From Moniliella sp. 'wahieum' (Eukaryota): 64,000 bases of DNA. This document shows positions 35,150 through 48,261 of the stretch, piece by piece. A program made the translations under genes and the position numbers. Location: positions 1 through 64,000 of the forward strand of contig RSEE01000055.1 of the NCBI GenBank assembly GCA_003971905.1. The letters run 5' to 3'. The notes under the pieces were generated by a model. It ran no database searches. It was not told the DNA's origin and saw only the letters and a program-made list of their open reading frames with translations. Position 1 is the first letter of the stretch; every line of letters begins with the position of its first letter.

Positions 35150-37507
35150 ATCATTCGTTCTCCTCTGTTTGGGGGCATGGTTTGGTGAAAGGGCAGGGTG
35201 CAAAACCCGGAAAGAAAGTGGGGAGAAGTGGTGATTCTCGTTGGGCGGGACGGGCTACTCGTGGGGGGGCAAAAGAGGCCGCACAATGCCGAGCCCATGT
35301 TCTTGTTGCGCCAATCGCAGGACCTCTTCCAGCGGAACCAATCCATCGTGGTCTTGATCCAACTTGGCCGTGAGCTTGTCCAGTTCTTCTTCGGGCGGGG
35401 CATGCTTGATAAGCCTAAGTGCCTGTGCCAGGTCTTTGACTGACACTTTACCCGTCGGACTGGCTTGGATGACATGCAAGCGGGTACCCACGTCGCGATC
35501 GTACGCTTCCAGTGTTTGTCAATCTGCGCCACCATCTTGGCCACCCGCTTGGCCACCCGCTTGGCCACCGTGCGCGCTGCCAGCGTGTCTTGGGCTTTGG
35601 AGAGGCCGGTTCGGTGTCCGTAGAGACGGAATCCTCCTCTGGGATTGTGCCGTACACCTGTTCGAGCGCCTTGGCCTTGATCTCCTGTTGAACCGCATGC
35701 ATCTCAATCGATGCGGCAGCCAAAAGACTGGAAGAAGGGGCCGCCGCATTGGATGCGGCCGCAGCCACGCGAGCCAGGTCGAGCTCACCATCGGCTTCCG
35801 GGTCCAAGAATGCATCGGCCGACGCGCCAGACAGTGATTCCGTGTCCCGGACCAACCGGTTGAGCTCCTCCCGTTCGCGAATGACTGAACTTTTGGCAGA
35901 AAGCAGGCTGAGCGCTTCGCCCAGCTCGGCCAGCTGTTCCTGCGTCAGGTGGATGGTCTCATCCGCTTCCGACGGGGGCGGCGGCGTGGCGGACGTAGTG
36001 ACACCATCTCCACCTGAAGAGGGTGGGGAAGAGGGAGTGATTGCTGGAGCAGGTACACTGAGTGCGGATACGCTAGGAGAGGAGGTAGGTTCGGCCGCTG
36101 ACTGTTCATCCTGAGTGGCGGTGACGTTCTTCTTTTCCTCTTCGGCCTCGCGCGCTTGTTTCTCCTCCTTTTCTTGCTGGGCCTCATCATGAATGAGCTC
36201 CTCCTGTTCCTTGAGCACCTCGAGACGTTCCTTGTTGGGGCCGATGCTGGGTCAACCCGGATCTCTGCCTCATTCAGCACCGTGTCTGGAAGCGAGGCCA
36301 GAGTCAATTCTAACGCCTTGATCGCTGGCGAGAGGTGGATGTCTTGTCGGTCTCGACCCCGGTCTCGGTACTGGACAGGCCTTGGAGAGTAAAGGCCTTG
36401 CTGAGCAAGAGAAGCGTGCCACTGATCCGTTCCTTGAGATGCAGGTTGATCCACTGATCCAGGTCGCGCAGCATCGCTTCCCGACCAAAGTGAACGGTGG
36501 CCAAGCCGCCTCGGTCGAGCACCGCCTTGCGCAGCTCTTCGTCCGACAAGGTCTCGGTGCCCTCGGAGGCAAGCACCATGTCGTCTTGGCGAATGGTGGT
36601 GAGTTTGGTACGGATTTGAAAGCGGAGGTAGGTGTCGGTGCCAAAAGCGTGGATTTGCATGTAGCGAGTGAGGGAGTTGAGTTGGGCGCGCGAAAGGTTG
36701 TCGAGCGTCATGTCGTCGTCAAACAACTTGGCTACGCGGATCACATCCTGCTGCGACGGTTCTTCGCCCGTTGAGCGCACTTTGCGGAAAAATTCACGGA
36801 ACACGGCCTTGCCTTCCCGCGAAGTGTCGCCCTGCATTGCTAGTCCGCCATGTTCAAGGGAAGCATGGAGGAACTTGGCCATCTCGAGCCGGACCTTGAT
36901 CAGTCTCCGTCGCTTCTCCTCCACTGCAAACTTGGACTCAAACGTAGAGGGAAGCATGTTGGGAAACACCTTGATCGCTACTGGCAGCAACAGTTCGGCA
37001 AACGGCACAATGACAAACGGCACAAACGGGATCAGGCGCAGCAAGTCGGCAAACGTTCGTCGCAGTTGACGATGCTCTCGCCGACTCAAGCCATACCCGA
37101 GCACAACCCTCCGCACCAGACGAGCACTAATCCGAATCTCCTTTCCCAGCAACTTGGTGCCATTCCAGTAATGCGCTGCCTCGTCCTTGATCCCCTTCCA
37201 AGCCCGCTTCATCAGCGGCGGTTTCTTGTGCACCTTGGGATGGGGGGAAGAGGAACAGGAGCCTGCTCCTCCTTGCCGCCGGACGAACTTTGGTTGTTCG
37301 GAACTGAATCTCCTGCCTTGGACACTGCGGTGCTGTGAAGCGACCGGGCAAGGAGGCCCACCGGGGCTCCCACCAGGACCCGGGGGGGCAGCGCGGCTGA
37401 CGCCGGTGCGCAGACGCGGGCACGGGCGAGGACAAGGGTGGTGGAGCGATGCAAGGGGCGTACGGGACCGAGGGGCGGTCGCGCCGCAGCAGCGGTGTGC
37501 TCCACAT
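35150..37507 (-). CDS. MDM38: LETM1/Mdm38 mitochondrial inner-membrane protein with C-terminal EF-hand-like motif
   Basis: KDEAAHYWNGTKLLGKEIRIS...RRTFADLLRLIPFVPFVIVPFAELLLPVAIKVFPNMLPSTFE; FDDDMTLDNLSR; FGTDTYLRFQI; LDQDHDGLVPLEEV. Last exon not resolved. Confidence 0.93.
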
Positions 37508-37629
37508 GGGACGCAGCATCAGAGGGAGGAGAGAAAAAGAATCGGTAGAGGTGGAGGGGAGGTGGAGGTGTGAAGTGTCGTAGGAGCGAGGGGACGGTGT
37601 GGCTGAGCGCTGGCTGAACGTGAACGTGA

Positions 37630-37750
37630 GAGCTTCAACGCTTAAGCGCTGGCGCGCTGACGATTAAGCTGATTAAGTGCTCGGACTTGAAGCCAAGCTT
37701 GAAGCTTGAAGCTTGAAGATGTAACGCGGCTAACGTTTAACGTTTAACCG
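37630..37750. repeat. Cluster of heptamer/octamer arrays upstream of LETM1: (GCTTGAA)x3, (TAACGTT)x2.5, (TGATTAAGC)x2
   Basis: agccaagcttgaagcttgaagcttgaag at 37691-37718; taacgtttaacgtttaac at 37731-37748. Confidence 0.8.
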
Positions 37751-38223
37751 AGCCTGTGTACTCCAACGGAGTGCTGACGCTTGGGCGCCTCTTTTGCGAT
37801 CTGAAACTGGGACCGACGGAATCCACATTGGGGTACGTACCCGTCCCATCCCGTCCATCCCGTCCCATCCCATCCGGCCCTTCGCCCGCCAAAGCCGGGC
37901 AATCGTCCCACTGTCCATCTCGCTGACCACAACATCAACTATGGCCATGGTCTGGCAGCCGGTGGGCGTCCGCCAACCCTCAAGATTGGGCTAACCCCTT
38001 AACCCCTAAGGCTACCCCTTCGAATGCGTGCATCTGGACCTCCCGAGCAAAATACCGCGTAACGGAGGAATCGATTAGGGGGGTAGCGCGTGAATAAAAA
38101 AAGAAAAGTGCAGGGCCAGAGCCGGCCAAAGCGAGGCATGTCATCACGTCATGTCGTGCGCGAGGGGGAGCGAAAGGAGAGGCAGAGCGGTCCAAAGGAG
38201 AGCCCAGGTGGGAGAACAAGTAG

Positions 38224-38285
38224 GTAGACCAAGGAAGTAGACCAAGGAAGTAGACCAAGGAAGTAGACCAAGGAAGTAGACCAAG
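38224..38285. repeat. 13-bp minisatellite (GTAGACCAAGGAA) x4.8
   Basis: Perfect tandem copies with no spacers. Confidence 0.92.
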
Positions 38286-38462
38286 TAGGTAACCACACAA
38301 AACGAAAGGAGCGTGCGTAGAGAGGGGGAGGGGTAAAAGAGAACAGGAAGAACGTACCAGCAGGCCACAACCCACAACCCAGACCCCAGACCGTGCATCT
38401 CGGGACGAAGCAAGCAAGCGAAGACACCACAGTGTCGCGGGACCTTTCCCCGTGCTCGGCTC

Positions 38463-41400
38463 TCAGTGGGCTCTCAGTGCCCCGTGGCCCTGCGACGAAA
38501 GATCGAGGCCAAAAGGCGACGTTTGGGCGTCGAGGTACTGGGGTCGGGCAAGGGCAGCATGTCCATCCGCGGGTCCACCCCGCCGGGCGCGGGGAACACC
38601 TCCGGCCCTGGGATGGACGGGGCCGACTTGGTGGCCGACGCACCAGCACTGCCACCTAGTGGTCCCGACGAGGACCGACCCGGGTAGGGGAACCAAGGCG
38701 GGTGGATCGGTGCCCGTCGTTGCGGGGCGGAGATAGGGACGGAGACAGGGGAGTCGGGGTGCAAGTGGGAGTGGGAGTGGAGTGCTCGAGCGAAGCCAAG
38801 GGACGTAAGGAGCGTTGGGCAGGCGTGTGTCGCTGTGAGAGCGAGGGGGGTAGGGTGGTGCGTCAGCCTGGGCGGGGGAGGGGCATCGGACGACGCGCCG
38901 GTTCCGCCCAGGGATGGGATGGCGGTCGAAGAGGAGAGGGCGAGCGATGGGCTGGGTGGGTGGGGAGGTGTGGTGGTATGGGTCAAGGTACCCGTCCCAT
39001 AGGGGAGGGGAAAGGTGGCCGTGTGCTTGGGCCTGGGCCGGGTGGGAGGGGAAAGCGGGTGGTACGGGATGGGGCAAAGGAGAGCTGCTGTTTCCCGTCC
39101 AGGAAAGGTGGGAAGGGTGGGGAGAAGTAGGGTGGGCGTGGGCGTAGAGTGCCGGATCAAGGTACGTGTTGGGCAGTCCAAGCCGGCTGGTTGCGTCCCC
39201 AGTGGGTGGGTCGGGTCCGGTGGGAAGCGCGATGCTCGGAGGAGGATAGGGCGGGGGGTCGTACGAGGTGGTGCGTGGGCGGTAGGCTTGCGGCGGCCGG
39301 ATGGAAGGGGCAGGCGAGGCGTACGTCTTCTCCGGCTTGGAAGGCGGTGGGTCGGCCCGCGCGGTGGCGGAAGAGTACTCGGCAAGAAAGTTGCTCGCCC
39401 AAAGCGACAGTTCGAGCGCCGTGAGAGGTTGTTGTTTGTGCTGCGTCGAGAGCGCATGGAGGGAAGCACCGGACAAGAGGTCGGGGAGGGTGCCTCCTGG
39501 CCCACGTTCCAAAACGGATGGCGCGCCTCTTCCTGTGCACTCCCCGACGGGCCGGTGCGCAGCATGGAAGTACTGGCGTGGGCGCGCGGATGGGGAAGGC
39601 GCTCCGTGGGGCCAGTGCTGAGGCTACCAGTGGGTTCGTCCTGCGGGCAGGCTGGCGACTCTGGGACGCCGAGGTGGCGCGTCGCCGCCCAGGCCGCATC
39701 GCAAACAACTCGGGGTCCACCCATTCGCGCGAAGAGGAGAAGGGATCGTCATGGTTATACTCGGGGTAGTTATGCCGCCTGTCAACCCCATGGGGGCGGG
39801 AGGGGGCGGAATGGGCGAGAAGCCGACGATGGATGGATGAACGTAGGTCGGGCCAATCATCGACGAAAAGGAGGTCGAAGGACGACGCGACAGTCCCACG
39901 CCACCGCCTGACGAAGGTTGGTGACCAAAGGCGGTTGGGTGGATCGGCGCATGCGGAGGTCGGACCACGATGCCCGGGTGGACAAGTCATGCCCACTGTG
40001 CGACATGGGCAAGGTCGGGGCCGAAGGGACCCCCCGTAGCGTCTGGAACGCCGCGCCTCTTGGTTGGGACGCAAGGGGCGCAAAGGCGAGGATTGGGAGA
40101 ATGTCTGTTGGTCGTTGTTGGGTTGGAACCCCAGCTGAGAACGGAATGGATGGTTTCCTTCTTCTACCGCCCTCCCCTTTCGGTACGCTTCCTCATCCTC
40201 CTCTTCCTCCTCTTCCTCGACGGGATGAGCCAGGACACCTCCAACCCCCCTCGGGTGTGGAGGCAGGGCCGAGAGGGAGTACCCTCGTGGTCGGCTCGCC
40301 ATCTGGCTCGAGCGAAGATCGGAAGAGGAATGGGGTCGGGTCAAGGTACGGGGAGACCGGTCCGAGTGGCCGGTCCAAGTGGCGGCCGCCGAGAGGGAGG
40401 GACTTCGATAGAGACGCGGAGTGGCCCGTCGTTCGGGGGTAGCAAACACATCAGGAGAGAAGAGCAGTGCCTCGAGTTCCGGGGTTTGAGGGGTTCCACC
40501 CTGTGCTCGCAACGAGTGCGATACCCGAGATTGCGGTGGGGAGGAGGAGGGCAACGCATTGAGTTCATGGGATGGTGACAGGGGGGAAGGAGTAGGCTTG
40601 CCCGGCGCCGCACGCGGTGTCGCGGCAGGAGACGATGTTAAGGAAGAAGACGAAGGGAAGATCCTGAGGTGCGGGGGTATAGCATGGGTTACGCCAGTTC
40701 CCGTGGTAATACACGTATCTGCCTCTGATACCGTGCTGAGGCGAGAGGAGGAGTGGGTCGGTCGAAGTAGTTTTCCTGCGGATGTGGGGAAGCGAGTCGG
40801 ACCTTGATCCACTTGGTCGAGTTCCTCTTGCTCCGTCGTGTGGGGCAAAACAAGCCGCCTCAAACAAGAGGAAACAGCAGCACGAGAACCTGGAACCTGC
40901 TTTGGTGCTGCCTGCGCATGCACACCAAAGAGTGTAGCTTGGCGTCGATATCAGAGCCATGGGCGGACTGGGAAGGAAGACTGCACGGATCGTTGGTACA
41001 GGGACCGGGATCAGGAGGCCCAGCCGTTGCTGCCTGGGCACACACTCCCACTTGCCCCGTGTCGCTTTTAGGGAGAGGAGGTAAGCCGACATTGGGTGGG
41101 GGTACGAGGATGCCAGTAGAAAGTGTCAAGTCACTGTGGCCTCCATCCGAATCATAGGCCCAAGGCCGCTTTGCTCCGCGGATCCGCCGCGCTCGCTGCC
41201 GCGGGCTGGTCTTACTCGACGAGGTGGGAGATTCGCCGCAGGGCAAGCCAGGCGTGCGAGGGGAAAGGAGGGAGGAGGAAGCAACAGTGGAAGTACCAAT
41301 GGAAGTAGGACGAGCGTCGCGCGAAGCAAGCGAGGGAGGAAAGGATGTCCGAGGGGAAGCTGCTGGGCGTCGGCATCCTGCGTTCTGAGTGGTGGTAGCC

Positions 41401-42209
41401 GTGTGCCGGGCGAATGGGCGCTGGCCGGGCGGGCGGATCGCGGGAGGGCGAGGCGAGGGCGGGGCAGTGGTATGACTGTCGCGCGTTCGGTCGTAAACGG
41501 ATCATCGTGGGTCTCCCCAGCTCCCCATCGCGCTTGGGGTTACACTAGACCGGGCCGAGGCACGTTCGAGCGAACTCTCGTGGTATCGGTCCCTCGCATG
41601 GCGAGCAGGAGCCGGTGTGTCGTCAGTTGGTTTGCTGTTGGGACTGCTCAAGCCGGATGGGGAGGTGGCATCCCGCGGGAGGACGATCATGTCCCAGCGA
41701 TTGGTAGCCTGAACTTGAAGCTAGACAGAGGAGAGGGGCAGGCGAGACGGGTTAGGAGCGGAGCGCAAGTGAGGCAGGAAGGCGCAAGCGCAAACACAAC
41801 GTACCGCGCGACTGTGCTGGGCCAGCCGGTCCGCGGTCAGGGCATACGTGGGGGCAACGCGGTGCACCGCGACCTTGCCGCCCGCGAGCAATTTGAACTG
41901 GGGCGAGGCCGAGTCGGGGGGCGGAAGAGGCCATCTGGCGAGCCTCGATCTCAGCCTCGACCTGCAGCGCCTCGAAAAAGTCATGGTCCGACGCGCGCGC
42001 CCAGGCATGTTGGCCATAGACGTCGACGGTGGCCAGTTCGGCGGCGCGCTCGGCGCAGTCAGGGCAGTCGGGATGGGCAGAAGGGCGTTGGGTGGGGAGC
42101 AGGGGCGGAGCGGGTCGGGGTGGGGGGGCGAGGGGGGGCGAGGGTCCAAGGGCTGGGCGGTGGCAAAGGTGTCTGCGCTGGAGGAGCTGGAGCGATGGGG
42201 GTGGTGCAT
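38463..42209 (-). CDS. Large Pro/Ser-rich hypothetical protein (multiply frameshifted)
   Basis: Long overlapping minus-strand ORFs (41752-42426, 39157-40923, 38463-39512) with protein-like islands DVYGQHAWARASDHDFFEALQVEAEIEARQM, DPELFAMRPGRRRATS and LELSLWASNFLAEY; no family recognised. Confidence 0.55.
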
Positions 42210-44555
42210 GAGCTTGTGGTGGAGGGGGGCGGACAAAGAGAGCTGAGAGATGCGAGAGCGGGAGACTGCGATGGCACAAACGCTTGCCCCAACCGCGGCC
42301 GGGGCCAGGAGAGGAAGGGCGGCAAGGCGAGGAGGGCAGTGGCGGGCAGTGGCGCAGACAGAATGGAGGACAGAGGACAGAGAACGGAGAACGGAGGCCT
42401 GCGATGGGATTCCTGCCGATGGTCAAGGTGCGATGGGGATGATGAGGATGATGGGGATGATGGGGATGATGTCGAGTAGGTGGCTCCTTGCTGGCTACGC
42501 GTTGCGAGGGCTCTACTTGCTAGGTACTCGGACCTGGTGACTGGAAGCTGGAGGTGACGGTGACTACGTGACTATGTGGCTACGCGACTACGCGACTACG
42601 TGACCAGCCTGACGTTTGTTTGCACGTACAAACCGCTGCCCGAAAAGACGCCGCCTCGGCGGTGCTAGATTGATTATGATTAGTCCTGAATGTGAATAGT
42701 GTTCGCTGTGTTCGGTTGTGTTCCGCGGGGAGCAGCGCACGCAACCGATGTCCCACACCCCACCATCCATCCCACACCCCCTCCATCCACCGTGCGCCTC
42801 CTTGCTAGCTGCTCGACGCCTTGCCTCAGCGCCTCAGCACTCAGCCAGCCTCAGCGTCTCAACCTGCTGCCTCAGCGGGTCCACTACACTGATGTACTGA
42901 TGGGTACTGCGTCCTGGTCCTGATGAGCACTGATGGGCAGCCCACAAGGCCCAAGACACTCCACATGGGAAGGCGTCTCTTCTGTCTCTGCGCTGCGCTG
43001 GGCCTCCCGTACACAGACTGAGTACTGATCGATGATCGACACACCAAGAACACAATGCCCCACATGTCCTCCGCGCGCCCAGGCTGGCCCCCAGCACGCG
43101 ATCGGAGGCTGCCCGCCAGCACAGACGCAACGCGTGGCAGGTGTGGCTGGTGTTGCTTTGAGCTTTGGCGGCCGATCCAACGTCCAACGTCCCACGTCCA
43201 CCGCTCCCCGCTCGCCGGCCACGTGCTCCACGGGCACCGCCAGTGTCCCATTGAGCCTGTCGCAACGCATCCTGCGCATCGTCCACACGCTTTCCCGCAA
43301 GTCCGCCGTTGAACGTTAAACGTTAAAAACGCATCCCACCAGCTCCTGCCGCCTGGTTGCCATCGCCGCCCCAACCACCGGCCAGGGCACTCCGATCACC
43401 GGTTGCCGCCAGACAGCCCAGGCGCTGGCTGCGCAGTTGCAACGTGAAGATGCTTCCGAAGCGCACTGGACACTGCCCCCCTGCCGCCCGTGCGCGGCGT
43501 GGCATGGCACATGCCGTGGCGCTCTGCTGCGCTCGGCTGCCCCCCGTGCCCCGAGCGCCCTGCTCCACACAGCATCGCGCCAGTGTTGCGTATCTCTCCC
43601 CCTCTGCAATCGGTAATCTGCAATCGATCATCGACAATCCGTAATCGACAATCTCCCCTTTTGGTCCGGAGCAGGGCCAGTTTCAATACAGATCCCCTCG
43701 GCCGTATCGCGTACCGCGTACCGCGTAACGCCTACGACGAGCCACGGGATCGACGGTCCGCTTGGCCTTTTTCTCGGAGGGGGGGAACAGCACAGGCCCC
43801 AGGAGCAGTCTCTCAGACCTCAAGAGACGGAGGGGACAAGCACCAGGTCGTTCGTGGGAGGAAACAGCGAGCCAGCGGGCAGGCAACGAGTGCAAAAGCT
43901 AAGTGGAAGAGCGACGTAAAGCCAAGAGCCAAAACTAAGCCAGGCCAATCCGTCATCCATCCACATTCCACGAGCATCACCTGCATCACCCCCATCACAA
44001 GCCAACAGCACACTATTACGACAGGGCAGACTAGCCATATGATTGTCGTGGGCAAAACGCCTGTCACCATGTCACCCACATTTCACAAGAACGCCACAGC
44101 GAGAGAACGTTCGTCCCCTGTTTGCTCATCATCTCTGCAACATCGATCTCTTCGCCAGCAGGAGTATACATGCAGGTTGCGAGGTGTATTACTTGTATCT
44201 GAGAAAACCGAGTACAGAGGATACTAGGTTTTGATTATCACACGTTGACTGAGCTCTGGACTTTGGAGACGAGGGGTCTCCTAGATCCGAAAACCTTTTC
44301 TACGCGCCGCTGTTGGAAGTTTCCCTCACTATACCGAGAACAGCCATGATGGGGAGTATACTACCCGCTCCACCTCTGGGCTAGTGCTCTGCCCCCGTTT
44401 CGCCCTGCGACACGATGCGGGTGCTGGGGGTACGGCATGCTCTCCATGACGAAAGACACTAGGTACGCAAGTGCTACGTAAGGATCAATCGTGATCGATC
44501 ACTCTACCCACTCGTCGTCGTTCCGTCTGCCGCTGCGCTACACGACCTGTGCCAT

Positions 44556-46205
44556 TCAGAGCAAGCCCAGCCAGAGCCGGCTGTTCGAGCAACTGTTTCC
44601 AGCGCAGCACGAATCCGGCCAACTCGGCGCCGGTCACCACGCGATGGTCTCCGGTGAACGACACGGGCAAGACCAAGCGGCGTACCAGCTGCTCTGTTTC
44701 ATCCTCTTCGTGTCTCTTTCCGTGGCGGTGTTAGTGTGTTTTTGGGTGGCTGGGACGCGGGCGCTGGCTGGCAATTGGTCGCGGTATCGCGGCAGCCAAC
44801 GCGCCCGGCCCACGGCGCCAATCACCAGCTGACCCGTGGGCGGGAGCACGGGGAACAGGCCCAGTCCGCCGCCCATGGAACCAATGTTGGAGAGTGTAAC
44901 TGTGCTCGTTAAGCCCAGTTCCGCCGGACCCAACTTGCCTGCCCGCCCACGCTCTGTCACGCCTGCGATCCGGCCCGCCAGCGCATACACACTGTCCTTC
45001 TCCACCTGGGTCAGGGTCGGGGTCAAGAGGCCCGCCGGGGTGGCCACGGCAATGGACACGTCGTGCGTCGTGCGCTGGTGCAGCGTTGCAGCGCCGTCGG
45101 TGGTGTGCAGCGTGGAGCGGAAAAGAGGGTGTTCAGCCATGGTGAGCGACAGAGCCTTAAGTAGCAGCGGTAGCATCGTCACTTTTCCACTCCGGCCTCT
45201 TTCCACCGTGGCGGCACGGCCGAGCTGAGCTGCTGCCGCACCTGTTCCAGTTCCGTCACGTCCACCTCTTCAGAGAAACCAAAGTGCGGGATGGACAGGG
45301 ACTGGGTCATGGCCTTGAACATGGCCCGGCGCAGCGACCGGCACGGCCACCTCGGTAGACGCATGCGGCTCAGCCGGGTCCGATGGTGCAGGCGTAGCAG
45401 CAGGCACGGACCGGGAACTCTGCTCGAGGTACCGCAGCACATCCTCCTTCATCACCCTCCCTTGCTTGCCACTGCCCTCGACGTGGCCAAGGTCCAGCCC
45501 ATGTTCGCGCGACAGCCGCCGAACAGCTGGCGTAGCCAACACCTTGTCCTGCGACCGCACTGCACCCTCGTCCTGCGCTGCCACTGTCGTCGCAGCCGGC
45601 GCTGCCTCCACCTCACCCGCGCGTCTCGGGGGGCGGGGAGGTGGTTGGGTCCCCCCCTCCGCCTCCTCACCGACAGCATCGTCGGCGATGTCAATTTGGC
45701 ACAGGGGCGTGCCGACTTTGGCGACGGCGCCCTCGGCATAGTCCAGCTGGGTGACTTTGCCACTGAACCGACTGGTAATCTCGACGGACGCCTTGTCGCT
45801 CTGCACCCACAGACCATGTCAAACTCCTCGACCACGTCTCCCGGTTGGACGTGCCTGCGCAGGGGGGAGGGGAGTCAGGCCCGGATCGGGTGGGCATCGG
45901 CACAACCGAGGGGAAGGAGGACTCACCACTTGATAATCTCGCACTCGGTTATGCCTTCGCCCACATCGGCAAGAAGAAAGGGCACGGTCTTGGGGCGAGC
46001 GCGGGTGGTGTGCAGGGCGCGGCGCGGACCGATGGCCGGCGGGGAGACGAAGGGGGTGGGACGCGTCGCCAGGAAGGACGGAAGAATGCGCTGCGGCGCC
46101 GCAGGCGAGAGACGGGAGATGAGGGGGGCCGCGGGCAACAGGGACGCGCACCCGGGCGCAGCAAGAAGCGGCGGGAGCGAGGCGGGGCGCGCAGCGGAGA
46201 CTCAT
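44556..46205 (-). CDS. DBT: Dihydrolipoamide branched-chain transacylase (BCKDH E2); intron 45855-45926
   Basis: FLLADVGEGITECEIIKW; QSDKASVEITSRF (lipoyl Lys); LATPAVRRL (peripheral-subunit-binding domain); AMFKAMTQSLSIPHF; TLSNIGSMGG; SFTGDHRVVTGA; mitochondrial leader. Confidence 0.93.
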
Positions 46206-46743
46206 CGTACAGGAAGGGGGGAGGGGGATGGGGGATGCGGGCCATCGGCGGCTACGATGTGCAGACGAGGCCTTTTAAAGCAGAGGAGGCCTGGCGGATG
46301 CCCCACCAGTATCGGTGCCGGCGTGGCTTTGGGGCATGGGTATCGCCCGAGCCCCGAGAATAGCCGCGCTGGCCTGCGGGGCTCCGCACTCCGCCCCCGA
46401 CTCAGTCTCACGTGCCCTCAGTAATTGCAACTTTCCCATTCCGCGCCCTCATCGACTCATCGACCTCATCCGCCGTCGGCTGCTTCGCTCCTCGCGTCGG
46501 CCAGCAGCAACCTCGTCATCCGCCATCCCCCCCCAGGAACAAAACCCCACTCCTCTCGACGCCCGAGGCGGGGAGAAGATGGGCAGCCCAATACAGAGGG
46601 CGGCCAGTGCACCAACGTACAGCATTCCATCTTCTTTCAAACGAGGCGCAGTCATGACCCAGGGCACTGCGGACTGCAGGCTCGATCATTGATTTTTTTT
46701 GCACGCTATGAATACACGACACCCATGCACCGATGAAGCATGT

Positions 46744-48261
46744 TTAGCGCTTAGGCGGCAGCATGGGCCCCCCACGCGGCCCAAGCTGGCCTTGGCTCGC
46801 CCCCGTTGCCACAGGTTGCAGAAGGATACGGTCTTGGTTGGGGCCAAAGTAGCCTTGGTGCGCCCAGGCGATCAGGTCGGCGCCAGAAAACGGCCCAACA
46901 CTTGCACCTCCGCCGCGCCGACTCGGCCAGGTAGGCAGGCGAGTAGCGGTAGACGTACTGCTGGCTGGCGACAGCCCGTCTTGTTCCAAAGCGGGCGCCT
47001 GCAGCGCATCTTGGGCCAGTGTCTTCGCCTTCTCTCCTCCTCCTCCTGCTTCTCCTCCTCCTTGTCCTTTCCTTTTCCCTTGCTGGATCCCACTCGGCGT
47101 CAACAACTTTGGCGCGCCGGCCCACGCAGCAGAGCTTCGTACTCTCGTCGTAGATGGCAGTCAAACCGTGCTCGGACATGAGGATGGAGGCAAAAGAGGT
47201 GACCTTGTCTAATGCGTCCTTAGCGCCTTGCTTGCGCCGCATTTTCCCCTTGATCCGACGGTCGGATGGAGCTTCTGGTCGCTTGGCCTTGGACTGCTGC
47301 CGCGTATCCTGGAGCGCGGGTGGCTTCCTTTCCCAGTCGATGAACGGCCTCCATGACAGATTCCCCGGAGCAGGTACTCGGCCAAATGCGCCTTGAGAGC
47401 CGGCACACTCAACTTCTCCTCCGCAGGGCGTGATGGAGATCGTGCTGGCGCTTGAGCTGGGCTTGGCGCGCTTGCTTGATGGCCTTGCGATTGTAGTTTC
47501 CTTGAGCCAAGATCCTGCTCGGCATGAGGATCTTTGGCATTTTCAATGTAGTTGCCCTCGAGGTCAAACCGGCCTTGTTCAAACTCGTTCGTCATGTTAA
47601 ACTGGTCCATCTTGTACCCCATGCCCTTTTTGCGCTTGGCACGTTGCCGCTTCGACAGGCCGCGGTAGGGATTGTCCTCATGTGGGACCAATCGTTATCG
47701 TTGGCCTCGCCTTCGCGCTCCGCCGCCCAGCTGGCTCCAGCTCTCCGCCACCAGGTGGCGGGAACGGGGGTCCTCCTCCTCTTCGCTGCTTTCCAGTCAA
47801 ATTCCGGATCCACCTCACGCAGAAACCCTCCTCTCGCTCACTTCCTTCTCATCTGGGTCGCCCTCGCGATCGGGCGCGCGTGTGGGCGCATCAAACTCTT
47901 GCTCCGACACATCCTCCAACTCGAGATAGTCCTTTTTTTCGAGGCTTCTTGCCGCAGCCTTGTCCTCGCCAAACTATCCTCATCCGAGTCCTCTTCCTCG
48001 GCCTGTTCCTCATTCCCCATCACCCTCTTCCGCATCGGAATCGGACAGATCGGTGACCAGACGCCCACGACGGCCTTGCTGCGCCCGCTTGCGAGCTTGT
48101 TCCTCCATGCCCAAGTCGCCAGTGTAGTCGTCATCGTCGTCATTGGGCTCTGGCCCAGGCGCGGGCCGCACGTGGGACGGGAGCGCCTGGGCGGCAAAGC
48201 GCAAGCGCTTGGCCGCTTCGGACTTGGTGGTCTGGGACGCGGCAGGTCGCTTGGGGGGCAT
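46744..48261 (-). CDS. LIN1: Lin1/Snu40/CD2BP2 (U5-52K) GYF-domain protein
   Basis: KMDQFNMTNEFEQGRFDLEGNYI; ASILMSEHGLTAIYD; GPFSGADLIAWAHQGYFG (GYF domain); acidic N-terminus. Confidence 0.85.

Noticed and set aside
37990..38010. Telomere-like CTAACCCC/TTAACCCC units
   Set aside because: Only 2-3 imperfect units, internal; no true (TTAGGG)n tract.
38224..38285. CRISPR-like array
   Set aside because: Units are contiguous 13-mers with no spacers, in a eukaryotic context with no cas genes.
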